From an uncultured Thermotogaceae bacterium (GTDB lineage: Bacteria > Thermotogota > Thermotogae > MWEM01), in NCBI GenBank assembly GCA_964604305.1, contig CAZRYM010000003.1, positions 9,186 to 73,185 on the forward strand: a stretch of DNA of 64,000 bases, given 5' to 3'. Shown piece after piece: positions 38,046 to 47,782 of this stretch; the first letter of the stretch is position 1; each line of letters opens with the position of its first letter. A program made the translations under genes and the position numbers. The notes below the pieces were generated by a model. The model had not been told where the DNA came from and did not search any database. It saw only the letters and a list, made by a program, of their open reading frames with translations.

Positions 38046-39833
38046 ATGAATAAGATCAAATTCGATGGTTATAGCTTTTACGATATTTTCACTTCAGGTG
38101 CTCTAACTTTGTTAGGCCATCAGGAGGAATTAAATAAAATAAATGTATTTCCCGTTGCTGATGGAGATACGGGTACTAACCTCGGATCCACTATGCGATC
38201 CATACTTGAAATGTCCAGAAGAGATGAATCCATATCTGAAGCGGCAAAATCAATAGCAGATGCAGCACTGATTGGTGCAAGAGGTAATTCCGGTGCAATA
38301 TTTGCCCAATATTTTCATGGAATAAGAGAGTTTATCGGTGATAAAAAGAACTTGACCGTTGAGGAAATGATAGATGCCTTTGCCCATGCAGTAGAATATG
38401 CCTACAAAGCCGTAATGGAACCCGTTGAAGGAACAATTCTGACAGTAATAAAGGTATGGTCTCGTACCATGTCAGATGAATTTGGGAAAATGCGCACTTT
38501 TATTGAGACATTTTTTAATGCTTATGATCGTTCACTTGAAGCATTAGACCATACAAAAGAACAACTTGATATTCTGAAAAGGTCAAATGTCGTTGATGCG
38601 GGAGGAAAAGGCTTTTTAATTTTCCTGGAGGGGATCAGAAGTTATTTACAAACCGGCAAAAAGCCTAAAATAGAAACAATCCCCGATAATGTGGATGGGA
38701 TTGGTTATGAAGAGACCCATAATTTTGATGAAACCATTACCAATCGATATTGCACTGAAGCTCTATTGAATTTAGATGAAGAAAATGTGGAAAAGATAAA
38801 GGAGATAGCCGCTTCCTTTGGTGACTCAGTTGTTATCGCAAATAGTACAGAAAAAATGCGTGTTCACGTTCATACAGATAATCCTGCGGATTTCTTTTTC
38901 AAAATTAAAGATTATGGAGATATTATTCAGCAAAAAGTAGACGATATGCAGATGCAATACCAGATCAGTAATCATCGAAAATACGATATTGCACTCGTTA
39001 CTGATTCGTCTTGTGATCTTCCGGAAGAAATTTTGGATAAGTATCAAATTCAGATGGTCCCATTGCAATTGAATTTCGGACCAACAGGTTATCTTGACAA
39101 AGTCACCATTAGACCCGAGCACTTTTACAAGATGCTGGCAAAAACTAAATTTTATCCAACCAGTTCCCAGCCTAATATCAGAACCTTTCAGAATTTATAC
39201 TCCTTTTTAATGAGCCATTACGATAAGATGATTGCGATTCATATTTCATCTCGTCTAAGTGGCACGTTTAATCTAAGTCAAACAGCCGCCGAAAGATTTC
39301 TGATGAAAAATAAAAGTACGGCAGTCATCGATTCGAAACAAAATTCAGGGGCTCAAGCCCTAATTGTAGCGGAGACGGCTGAAATGATTGATAAAGGTAT
39401 GGAATTTGAGGAGATCGTGGATGAAATTAACAGAATCATTCCAAAATCTAAGATTTTAGTCAGTGTGAAGTCTTTGAATGGAATGGTGCGTGGCGGGAGG
39501 GTTAGTCCGATGAAAGGCATGATCGCCAAGCTGATTAACCTTAAACCGGTTATTTCCTTGGATCATGAGGGAAATTCAGAATTATATGGTAAGGGCTTTA
39601 GTGATAAGGGAAACAGAAAACTCATTTTTAAATTGTTTGAAGAGGCACAACAGAAACCCGGGATAAAGAGATATTGTATTACCCACGCCAACAATCTGAA
39701 AGAAGCAAAACTCTTCGAGGAAATCGCAACGAAAATAAGCGGTAAAAAGGCAGATTTCATTTACAACCTCTCTCCGGTTATTGGGGCACATTCAGGTACA
39801 GGCGCCGTCAGTCTTTCGTATATAACCAATTGA
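38046..39833 (+). CDS. DAK2-DegV fusion (fatty-acid kinase FakA/FakB-like)
   Basis: LNKINVFPVADGDTGTN, GARGNSG, EGTILTV, VVDAGGKG, then the DegV motifs VTDSSCDLP, SSQP, ISSRLSGT, GGRV and IGAHSG.G. ATG 38046 follows AGGAG. Confidence 0.9.
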   Translation: MNKIKFDGYSFYDIFTSGALTLLGHQEELNKINVFPVADGDTGTNLGSTMRSILEMSRRDESISEAAKSIADAALIGARGNSGAIFAQYFHGIREFIGDKKNLTVEEMIDAFAHAVEYAYKAVMEPVEGTILTVIKVWSRTMSDEFGKMRTFIETFFNAYDRSLEALDHTKEQLDILKRSNVVDAGGKGFLIFLEGIRSYLQTGKKPKIETIPDNVDGIGYEETHNFDETITNRYCTEALLNLDEENVEKIKEIAASFGDSVVIANSTEKMRVHVHTDNPADFFFKIKDYGDIIQQKVDDMQMQYQISNHRKYDIALVTDSSCDLPEEILDKYQIQMVPLQLNFGPTGYLDKVTIRPEHFYKMLAKTKFYPTSSQPNIRTFQNLYSFLMSHYDKMIAIHISSRLSGTFNLSQTAAERFLMKNKSTAVIDSKQNSGAQALIVAETAEMIDKGMEFEEIVDEINRIIPKSKILVSVKSLNGMVRGGRVSPMKGMIAKLINLKPVISLDHEGNSELYGKGFSDKGNRKLIFKLFEEAQQKPGIKRYCITHANNLKEAKLFEEIATKISGKKADFIYNLSPVIGAHSGTGAVSLSYITN

Positions 39834-39834
39834 G

Positions 39835-40614
39835 GTGTTTGAGATGATCTATCAGATTTTATTTTCTTTCATTTTTATTTGGGTTTATATGTCACTTGTT
39901 TATTTAATTGCCATAAAAAAAGATGATTTATCCATTATTGATATTGCTTATGGTCCTGGATTTGTTGTAGCGGGAATTGCTCAGATGTTTTTTGCAAAAG
40001 GGATAGGCTCTCATTTTATCTTGAGTTTTGTCCTGATTTCCTTTTGGGCTTTGAGGCTTGCTTTGCAAATTGGTGTTAGAAAAATCGGTAAAGGCGAAGA
40101 TTACAGATATACAAAGATGCGAGAAGATTTTGGTAGCAAATGGAAATTGATAAGTTATATCAAAATTTTTCTCTTTCAAGGGTTGCTTATCTTAATTATT
40201 GAGTCTCCATTGTTCATTACTTCATTAGAATCAGAAAAGACCCTCGGTATCTTGGCTTATATTGGTATTATACTTTGGATATGGGGTTTTTTTTGGGAAA
40301 CCATTGGCGATATTCAAAAGTATAATTTCAAAAAGGCAGGCAATAAAGGTATCATTCAAACCGGTTTATGGAGATACACTCGACATCCTAATTATTTCGG
40401 TGAGATTACCATGTGGTGGGCCATTTTTCTGATTGTATTAGAAGTGCCATTTGGATGGCTTGGAATCATAAGCCCTATATTGATTACCACCTTACTCATT
40501 ACTTTCAGTGGCATCCCCTTACTGGAGAAAAAATACGAGGATGATCCTGAGTTTATGCGATACAAAAAGAAGACCAGTGTTTTAATTCCGTGGTTTCCAA
40601 AGAAAGGAGAATGA
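39835..40614 (+). CDS. DUF1295 family membrane protein (steroid 5-alpha-reductase-like)
   Basis: IIDIAYG, GEDYRY, ETIGD.QK, GLWRYTRHPNYFGE..WW, SGIPLLEK. Confidence 0.85.
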   Translation: MFEMIYQILFSFIFIWVYMSLVYLIAIKKDDLSIIDIAYGPGFVVAGIAQMFFAKGIGSHFILSFVLISFWALRLALQIGVRKIGKGEDYRYTKMREDFGSKWKLISYIKIFLFQGLLILIIESPLFITSLESEKTLGILAYIGIILWIWGFFWETIGDIQKYNFKKAGNKGIIQTGLWRYTRHPNYFGEITMWWAIFLIVLEVPFGWLGIISPILITTLLITFSGIPLLEKKYEDDPEFMRYKKKTSVLIPWFPKKGE

Positions 40615-40616
40615 TC

Positions 40617-41096
40617 ATGAATTCAATATATGATATTAAATTTGACGATGCTTTTGGATTTGAAAGAGATTTGTCAGAGTATGAAGGTAAGGTAATGATG
40701 ATAGTAAACACTGCCAGTAAATGTGGTTTTACACCACAATATGATGGACTTGAAAAACTTTACGAGCAGTATAAAGAGCGGGGATTTGTCGTGTTGGGAT
40801 TTCCCTGTAATCAGTTTAAAAATCAGGAGCCCGGTTCAAATGAAGAAATACAAGAGTTTTGCAAGGTCAACTATGGTGTGACATTCCCGGTTTTTGCAAA
40901 AGTTGATGTAAACGGGAAGGACACTCACCCTCTCTTTGAACATCTCAAAGAAAAAGCAAGAGGCTTGGGAGGAACAAAGGCGGTTAAGTGGAATTTCACC
41001 AAATTTCTTGTAGATCGTGAGGGTAATGTAGTGAAGCGATTCGCCCCTTCCACACCTCCTGAAAAATGTGTGGATGATATTGAAAAGTTTCTTTGA
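40617..41096 (+). CDS. Glutathione peroxidase family protein (Cys type)
   Basis: VNTASKCGFTPQY, GFPCNQF..QEPG, KWNFTKFL. The peroxidatic codon is TGT, not TGA. Confidence 0.93.
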   Translation: MNSIYDIKFDDAFGFERDLSEYEGKVMMIVNTASKCGFTPQYDGLEKLYEQYKERGFVVLGFPCNQFKNQEPGSNEEIQEFCKVNYGVTFPVFAKVDVNGKDTHPLFEHLKEKARGLGGTKAVKWNFTKFLVDREGNVVKRFAPSTPPEKCVDDIEKFL

Positions 41097-41118
41097 GTAA
41101 GAGAAGGGTGATCAACAT

Positions 41119-42135
41119 ATGCCACTTCGTTTGATAGAGGCGTTTTATGAGGGTGAACAGGGAGATTTGGCCAATCAAATCCGAGAGGATTTGGGAATTG
41201 AGAATATTCAAGAATACACCATCGGAGACAAATGTATGCTTAGAATATTGATTAATTCCAAAGATTCACAAAAATTGATTGACGTTCTTGAAACCCGTTT
41301 AAAGAATGAAAAGGATTTTGGTATAGTCATCATTCCTGCGGAGGGTTCTGTTCCAAAATTAGAAGAGCCTGAACAAGGTGATGAGGATAAACAACAAGAA
41401 GAAGTCCCGGTATGGAAACAACCTTTTCGTAAGGGAACCAATATAAGTCGAGAGGAACTCTATACAGATATTTCGGATACAGTCTCGCTTTCGCCAATTC
41501 AACTGATCATGGTAATTTTATCGGCAATTGTGGCTGCTATTGCTTTGGTCAGAGACAGTTCCATTGTTTTAATCGGTGCTATGGTTATTGCTCCGATGTT
41601 GGGTCCAAATGTGGCCATGTCTTTTTCAATTTGCCTGGGAGACTACGAACTTTTATGGAAGTCACTTAAAGCCAATCTGTTGAGAATATTTGCTGCTTTT
41701 ATCTTTTCATTAATATTAGGCTTGTTTATTGATTTGTCTTCGTTGAGCACTGAAATTCTCAATCGAACCGTATTGCATTTTTCAGATATTCTTTTGGCTT
41801 TATCTGCAGGTATTGCCGCTGCACTTTCATACACTACTGCTATTTCTGAGGGATTTATAGGTGTTATGGTTGCAGTGGCATTGATACCGCCATTAACCGC
41901 TTCCGGTTTATTATTTTCTTCGGGTTATTTTGAATACGGGGTATCTGCTTTTTTGCTTTTTGTGCTGAATATCGTTTGTATTAATTTTGCCTCTATGATC
42001 ACCTTTTTCCTGCAAGGGGTTCGACCAAAAAAATGGTGGGAGCAGGAAAAGGCTAATGGAGCCCTCAAAAAGGCCTTTTTACTTTGGGGAATCATGTTGG
42101 CAATCCTGGCGTTAATCGTAATCTTTTTTTTCTGA
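41119..42135 (+). CDS. TIGR00341-like membrane protein (DUF389)
   Basis: IGAMVIAPMLGP, GVMVAVALIPPL, FLLFVLNIVCIN and about 7 TM segments. Confidence 0.8.
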   Translation: MPLRLIEAFYEGEQGDLANQIREDLGIENIQEYTIGDKCMLRILINSKDSQKLIDVLETRLKNEKDFGIVIIPAEGSVPKLEEPEQGDEDKQQEEVPVWKQPFRKGTNISREELYTDISDTVSLSPIQLIMVILSAIVAAIALVRDSSIVLIGAMVIAPMLGPNVAMSFSICLGDYELLWKSLKANLLRIFAAFIFSLILGLFIDLSSLSTEILNRTVLHFSDILLALSAGIAAALSYTTAISEGFIGVMVAVALIPPLTASGLLFSSGYFEYGVSAFLLFVLNIVCINFASMITFFLQGVRPKKWWEQEKANGALKKAFLLWGIMLAILALIVIFFF

Positions 42136-42136
42136 T

Positions 42137-43477
42137 CTATTTCTTTCTGATAATAATTGAACCCCAATTGGGATGTAATTTCATAGTCATTTTACCTTGG
42201 TTAAAATCAGGTTTTTCCATGTTTAGGACGTCTTCCTGAAGATCATCTTCCAAATGAAAATGATATAAAAATTCATCGTTTGACGCATTAATACCTACAT
42301 ATGCAATTTCGTTTTCCGTTTCTCTTTTAAAGATAAAATGATTGTGATCTAAATAAATTTGAGAGTAATCACCGTTGTTCAAACTTTTATAGGTCATTCT
42401 AAGATCATTTAACTTTTTTATGAGAGTCGGTAGATCATTGAAATCCGTTTCTCTTTTGATTTTCTCCAGATCAAAAACCGGACGTAACTCAATATCACTG
42501 TACTGTGTTCTTTTTCCCTCTATAGCCCATTCGCTTCCATAGTATACTGATGGAATACCCGGTATTGTATAGAGTAAAATATGTAAAGGGAAAAGATCAA
42601 CGGTGTTGGTTAATTTGCTCCTAATCCTGTCTACATCGTGGTTGTCGAGGAAGTTATACAGGTGTTCTTGTTTATAGATACCATTAGATCCAAATTGTCT
42701 ATTGATTGAATAGGCAATTTCAAAGAAGTTTCTATCATTAAAGCTTGAAAAAAGGCCTTTATAACACTCATAATTCGTTACAGAGTGTAGTTTAGCATGA
42801 TTTATCCATCTATTGTAATCTCCATGAATAATTTCTCCCATCAACCAAAAGTCATCTTTAACATCCTCTGTGAAAGATCTTAGATTTTTCAGAAAATCTA
42901 AATCAAGACAGTCAGCAGCATCCAGTCTTAAACCATCAATCACAAATTCATCAATCCAAAATTTGATGGCTTGAAACAGGTGATTTTGTACATCATCCGA
43001 TTTCAGATTAAGCTTAACTAATTCTTCGTGGTTTTCCCATGTGTTATAAGAAAAACCATCGTGATGATTGTTCTCTGACATAAAATTAAGGCCTTCAAAC
43101 CAATCAATATATTGAGACTGTTCCTTTTTTTCCATAATATCCTTGAATGCAAAGAAATTTCTTCCAACATGATTGAATACCCCATCCAGTATTACTTTTA
43201 TGCCTTTATTATGAGCTTGCTGTGCCAATATTTTTAAATCGTGATTGGTACCCAATCTTCTGTCCACCTGAAAATAGTCAGTAGTATCATATCCATGACT
43301 ATCAGATTCAAAAACCGGCCCAAGATATAATCCTCTGAACCCTAATTGTTGTATATAATCAAGATGTTCAGTAATCTTTTGCAACGGATTTTCTGATTTC
43401 CCAATCAAATCCCCACAAAAACCCAAGGGATAGATGTGATAAAAAGGGGTTTTCTTATACCATTTTGTTTGTGTCAT
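42137..43477 (-). CDS. GH13 alpha-amylase/cyclomaltodextrinase-like glycosidase (cytoplasmic)
   Basis: FYHIYPLGF, SHGYDTTDY, LDGVFNH, DGLRLDAA, GEIIHG, FLDNHD, GIPSVYYG. Confidence 0.9.
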   Translation of the reverse strand: MTQTKWYKKTPFYHIYPLGFCGDLIGKSENPLQKITEHLDYIQQLGFRGLYLGPVFESDSHGYDTTDYFQVDRRLGTNHDLKILAQQAHNKGIKVILDGVFNHVGRNFFAFKDIMEKKEQSQYIDWFEGLNFMSENNHHDGFSYNTWENHEELVKLNLKSDDVQNHLFQAIKFWIDEFVIDGLRLDAADCLDLDFLKNLRSFTEDVKDDFWLMGEIIHGDYNRWINHAKLHSVTNYECYKGLFSSFNDRNFFEIAYSINRQFGSNGIYKQEHLYNFLDNHDVDRIRSKLTNTVDLFPLHILLYTIPGIPSVYYGSEWAIEGKRTQYSDIELRPVFDLEKIKRETDFNDLPTLIKKLNDLRMTYKSLNNGDYSQIYLDHNHFIFKRETENEIAYVGINASNDEFLYHFHLEDDLQEDVLNMEKPDFNQGKMTMKLHPNWGSIIIRKK

Positions 43478-43494
43478 TTTGCCTCCTTGCTGTT

Positions 43495-43523
43495 TTTATA
43501 CCTATCGGTATAGTCAGTGTAAA
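43495..43523 (-). promoter_or_regulatory. Amylase promoter TTTACA-17-TATAAA containing the operator TATACC-N4-GGTATA
   Basis: -35 at 43518-43523, -10 at 43495-43500 and palindrome at 43497-43512. Confidence 0.75.
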
Positions 43524-43528
43524 AAAAT

Positions 43529-44095
43529 TTATGAGTAAATTCCGTGCATAAACTGATGTGAAGCTGAAAATACTTGATCGTCATCCAATTCGACTTCTTC
43601 ATTCATCCACATCCCGATATAACTGTTGATAAATCCGAGAAAAGTTATTGCGTTTCGCTTTTCTTTCCTTTTCATATTTCCGTGGTCTTCTGAAGCAAGT
43701 TTGAAAAGCTGTTCAAGCATAAGATACTGTTCTTTCATATACTTTTGAGATATTTTCGAAAATTGGCTTTGTGGCGGGGCGAAATATAAGTTTAACAATA
43801 GTCGGTAAAAATATCTGTTATTTGCTGCAAATTTAAAATATGCCCTGACTGTTTTATTAATCGTAAGGGGTAAATCTCCACTATATTGGGCAGCATTCGA
43901 TATAATTTTTACAAGCCTTTTGGAGTACTCGGTCATTATCTCTGTCAGTAGACCTGTTTTACTTCCAAAATAATGGTAAAGGGTTGGCTTGGTTATACCC
44001 GAAGCTTCGCAAATTTGCTGAACACCTATATTCTCATATCCTTTCATCGCAAAAGCTTCCAGTGCTTTTTCCATAATCGTTTCATTTGTACTCAT
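43529..44095 (-). CDS. TetR/AcrR family regulator
   Basis: IMEKALEAFAMKGYENIGVQQICEASGITKPTLYHYFGSK HTH. Start moved to ATG 44095. Confidence 0.92.
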   Translation of the reverse strand: MSTNETIMEKALEAFAMKGYENIGVQQICEASGITKPTLYHYFGSKTGLLTEIMTEYSKRLVKIISNAAQYSGDLPLTINKTVRAYFKFAANNRYFYRLLLNLYFAPPQSQFSKISQKYMKEQYLMLEQLFKLASEDHGNMKRKEKRNAITFLGFINSYIGMWMNEEVELDDDQVFSASHQFMHGIYS

Positions 44096-44110
44096 TTCAT
44101 CACCAAGGAG

Positions 44111-44139
44111 AGTATACCATACGGTATAATCAAAGTCAA
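44111..44139 (-). promoter_or_regulatory. tetR promoter TTGACT-17-TATACT containing the operator TATACC-N4-GGTATA
   Basis: -35 at 44134-44139, -10 at 44111-44116 and palindrome at 44113-44128. Confidence 0.78.
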
Positions 44140-44163
44140 GGGTTTTCACTTTTTGGGATGAAA

Positions 44164-44973
44164 TTAGTGTTCTTCTTCACCGGTAAATGCCTTTAAAGAC
44201 TCCATTAATTTTGATGTGATTCGACCTATTTTATATTTCTTTTTTCCCAATGACCTAATGGGGGCTATGCCGGCGCTAGTATGAGTTAAAAACAACTCAT
44301 CCGATTCAAACAATTCCTTCTCTTCTACAAGTCTTTGTTGACATTGGATTTGACATTTTTCAGCCAGTTCAATTACTACTTCTCTTGTTATACCTGATAG
44401 AATTCCTGTTTCCATGCAAGGTGTTATCAAAACATTGTTTTTTACAGCAAAGATGTTGGAGAAGGTTCCTTCAGCTACATAGCCTTCTCTGTTGAGCATG
44501 ATGTAATCATAGAGTTTTTGAGGTTTTCTGATTCTGGAAAGAAAGACATCAAGGGCTGCAGTTGTTTTAATAGCTGTTCCGTTATGCATAAACGCCTGCC
44601 TTCTTATCTCTGAAATATCTGTCAGTACCCCTGCTGAATATATTTTTGCATCGATCAAGGGAAAGCTCTTTATTTGGATGATCAAATCGGGATTTGATGT
44701 CAAATAGATTCTGATATAAGATTCATCTAAATTGTTGATATCAATACCTTCTTTGATAATCTGTTCCACTTCTTGAAAAGTATTGTTCAGTTCAATTTTC
44801 ATGGCATTAGCTGAGTTCTTTAGCCTTTCGTAATGCCTTTTGAATTTAAATAATCGGCCTTTATACGTTCTGATGGTTTCGTAGACAACCCGAGCGCTTG
44901 TAAACCCAGGGTTATTGATGGATATGGTTGCCATATCTTCTTCTATCCAATGTCCGTTAATGTATACCTTCAA
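44164..44973 (-). CDS. Fold-type IV PLP aminotransferase (possibly a D-amino-acid aminotransferase)
   Basis: VYETIRTY.G..F.F.RHYERL, IKT (PLP lysine), EGTFSNIF, ILSGITR, ELFLT.TSAGI. Confidence 0.85.
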   Translation of the reverse strand: MKVYINGHWIEEDMATISINNPGFTSARVVYETIRTYKGRLFKFKRHYERLKNSANAMKIELNNTFQEVEQIIKEGIDINNLDESYIRIYLTSNPDLIIQIKSFPLIDAKIYSAGVLTDISEIRRQAFMHNGTAIKTTAALDVFLSRIRKPQKLYDYIMLNREGYVAEGTFSNIFAVKNNVLITPCMETGILSGITREVVIELAEKCQIQCQQRLVEEKELFESDELFLTHTSAGIAPIRSLGKKKYKIGRITSKLMESLKAFTGEEEH

Positions 44974-46288
44974 TGCTTGATTTCACCTCATCAGGTTCTG
45001 AATTTTGTGATATGTGAACAATTTTCACTTTAAGCCTCTCACCTTCATTATAGAGTTTACCATTTAAGGGAGAGATATGTTTTAAATAATATTCATCGTG
45101 TCCTATTAGCGCTTCATTAGTGGTATTTTCTACAATAATCTCCCTAATTTTCCCTATGTGGTTATTACGAACATCTACTGAAATTCTCTTTGCTATAGAA
45201 TCCATCGTTGAGGCACGATTTTTCTTTGTGGTCCCATCGATCTGATTTTTAAATGAAGCAGCCGGTGTACCTTTTTTCATTGAATAACGGAAAATGTGGG
45301 TTTTTAAAGGTTTGATTCTTTTTATTAAAACAAGACTATCTTCAAAATCCAACCGAGTTTCTCCCGGGAATCCAACGATTATATCACAGGATATTGAAAA
45401 AAGAGGGTCGATTTTTCTTAGTTTTTCAACTGCTTCAATAACTTTAACATTATCGTATTTTCTGTTCATTTTTTTTAGTATATTATTTGAACCACTTTGA
45501 ATGGATAAATGAAGATGATGGCAATATCTTTTGGATTTTAACTGTTCACACAATTCATCGGAAATATCTTCGGGATTCAGGGAGCTGAGTCTTATTCTAA
45601 AAGAGTCATCGACTTCGCAGTTGATTTTTTTAAGCAATCCTGAAAGGTTCAATCCATTCCACTCGTAAGCACCCAAGTTAATACCCGTCAGAATAAACTC
45701 TTGACATGTTTTTTCTCCAATGGCCTTTATTTCTGAGATAATTAAACCAGGGTCCTTTGAAACGGATTTAGTCCCCCTGACATGATATATCTTACAGTAA
45801 GAGCATGTGTTGTTGCAACCTTCCTGTATCATGATGTTTTGTCTGGTTTTATATCCAGAGTTGTTCAAAAAGCAAGTCAGTTCATCATGACGAAGCCAGT
45901 ATGCTTTATCTATTTCTTGTATGGAATCAGGTATAGTTTGTTCAGATTGGATTTTGTTTACAATTTCAACTATATCCTTTTTTTCACCATTTCCAAAATG
46001 ATAATCTGCTATAGTCCTCTTCTCAGGTTGCATGGCTTGAATACTGCAACCCATTGCTATGGTTCTTGCGTTTGGAGCTACTTTCTTTGCCCTTCTTATC
46101 ATTTGCCTGGATTTTCTGTCAGCTTCATTTGTAACGGTACAGGTATTGATAATAACATAATCTGATTCAGGTGAAAGTGGTTCAACAACATACCCTTCAT
46201 TTATAAGACACTGGGTCATAAAGTCAGTTTCGTACTGATTGACTTTACAACCCAGTGTTATGAAACTGCATTTCAATATTTTATTCAA
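44957..46288 (-). CDS. mtaB: tRNA t6A37 methylthiotransferase MtaB
   Basis: TLGCKVNQYE, INTCTVT.EAD.KSRQ, radical SAM motif CNNTCSYC, RIRLSS, DIIVGFPGET. Confidence 0.92.
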   Translation of the reverse strand: MNKILKCSFITLGCKVNQYETDFMTQCLINEGYVVEPLSPESDYVIINTCTVTNEADRKSRQMIRRAKKVAPNARTIAMGCSIQAMQPEKRTIADYHFGNGEKKDIVEIVNKIQSEQTIPDSIQEIDKAYWLRHDELTCFLNNSGYKTRQNIMIQEGCNNTCSYCKIYHVRGTKSVSKDPGLIISEIKAIGEKTCQEFILTGINLGAYEWNGLNLSGLLKKINCEVDDSFRIRLSSLNPEDISDELCEQLKSKRYCHHLHLSIQSGSNNILKKMNRKYDNVKVIEAVEKLRKIDPLFSISCDIIVGFPGETRLDFEDSLVLIKRIKPLKTHIFRYSMKKGTPAASFKNQIDGTTKKNRASTMDSIAKRISVDVRNNHIGKIREIIVENTTNEALIGHDEYYLKHISPLNGKLYNEGERLKVKIVHISQNSEPDEVKSSIEGIH

Positions 46289-46297
46289 TTTATTCTT

Positions 46298-46768
46298 TCA
46301 TTCCTCCGTTTTTACATCTTCCTCTTCCAATTCTTTCAGCACACCTAACAATATTCTGGAACGATTTACGAGACCTGTTAATCGCTCTTCTTCATCTACA
46401 ACACATAATGAGAAAAATTTATGGCGGATTAGCAAATCAGATGCATGTAACAAGGTGTCATTTTCTTTCACTGAAATGACAGATTTGGCCATGTATTTGC
46501 TGATAGGTTCATCTTTTATAAGGTAAAGCTTTTTTTTCAGTTGATTGGTATCGGGTATGAACGAAGCAGACTGTAGCATACCAAAATAAGAGGGGATTAC
46601 TGCATTAACCACGTCATTCTCACTGATATAGCCTAATATTCGCATTTCATCATCCACAACAGGCATTCCTGTTCTGATGTGATTTGCGCATAATCTGATA
46701 AATCTTTCTACAGTCTCATCTTCAAATATCGCAGATATATCCCTTATCATAATGTCCCCAACTTTCAT
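46298..46768 (-). CDS. CBS domain pair protein
   Basis: Two CBS repeats (MPVVD...ILGYIS, CVVD...LTGLV). Confidence 0.85.
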   Translation of the reverse strand: MKVGDIMIRDISAIFEDETVERFIRLCANHIRTGMPVVDDEMRILGYISENDVVNAVIPSYFGMLQSASFIPDTNQLKKKLYLIKDEPISKYMAKSVISVKENDTLLHASDLLIRHKFFSLCVVDEEERLTGLVNRSRILLGVLKELEEEDVKTEE

Positions 46769-46777
46769 ATTATCACC

Positions 46778-47743
46778 TCAATCCAGTTTCTCTACTTTAA
46801 TGTTTTCGAGATTATTTTGAATATCTGAAAGTGAAGGCATCTCTTTTTTTAAGTAATTGGTTTTTGCCAACGCCGCTGCCATTCCAAATTTCGCTCTTTC
46901 CAGAAGTGAATTTTCAGTTGATAAATAATCATAGACCATTGCTGCTACATATGCATCCCCTGTTCCCAATAAATGAGATTCATCCAGTTCACCATCTTTT
47001 ACAGTCAAGATCCAAGCCCCATCCTGTGTAAAGATCAAATCATGTTTGAATTGATAGGAGATAACTACAAGCTCTGCACCATAACTGATGATTTCTTTAC
47101 CGGCTTCTATATATTCATTTAGGCTTTCCACTTCCTTACCCAAAATCTTGTTGGTGCTTCTCATATCCGGTCTAACAACTTCCGGGCAACATTTTTTAAC
47201 AGTATTGGTAAGTAATTGTCCCCTGGCCTCAAGATAGACTTTATTGCCATTTTCTTTTGCCTTTTCCGTTAATATAGAATATGTGTCAAGTGGTACTCCA
47301 ACGGGAACTGATCCCGAAATAACTGTTATTTTTGTCCTTGATACAACAGTGTTAAACAGTTTCATGAAGTGAAGGAGATCCGGTTCCTGAACAACCGGTC
47401 CGGGAGCGTTTATTTCAGTTATGTAATGATTGATTTCATCCAGTATTGAAATATTTTCTCTGCTTTCACCATCTATGTGAATGAAATTTAAGGTTACCTT
47501 TGGATATCTTTTCCTGAGTTCCTCTGAAATGATCCTTCCGGTATATCCTCCAAGGAAGCCCATGGCGATGCTAGGTGTTCCATTTAACTCGCACAGCATC
47601 ATGGAAACGTTTATTCCTTTTCCTCCGGGATCGCTTATTAATTTTTCTCTTTCAAATATGCGATGAAGTGTATTTAATTCAAAATGAGGTATTATGATCT
47701 CCCTATCCAATGCCGGATTCATTGTGATCGTTAAAACTTCCAT
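46778..47743 (-). CDS. PfkB family kinase (1-phosphofructokinase-like)
   Basis: TITMNPALD, PGGKGINVS, SGSVP.G, GTGDA. Confidence 0.88.
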   Translation of the reverse strand: MEVLTITMNPALDREIIIPHFELNTLHRIFEREKLISDPGGKGINVSMMLCELNGTPSIAMGFLGGYTGRIISEELRKRYPKVTLNFIHIDGESRENISILDEINHYITEINAPGPVVQEPDLLHFMKLFNTVVSRTKITVISGSVPVGVPLDTYSILTEKAKENGNKVYLEARGQLLTNTVKKCCPEVVRPDMRSTNKILGKEVESLNEYIEAGKEIISYGAELVVISYQFKHDLIFTQDGAWILTVKDGELDESHLLGTGDAYVAAMVYDYLSTENSLLERAKFGMAAALAKTNYLKKEMPSLSDIQNNLENIKVEKLD

Positions 47744-47782
47744 CTTCCCATCTCCTCTCTCAAATGAAACGTGAATGTTCCC

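Noticed and set aside
40617-41096. Selenocysteine in the glutathione peroxidase
   Set aside because: The active-site codon is TGT (Cys) and the ORF has no in-frame TGA.
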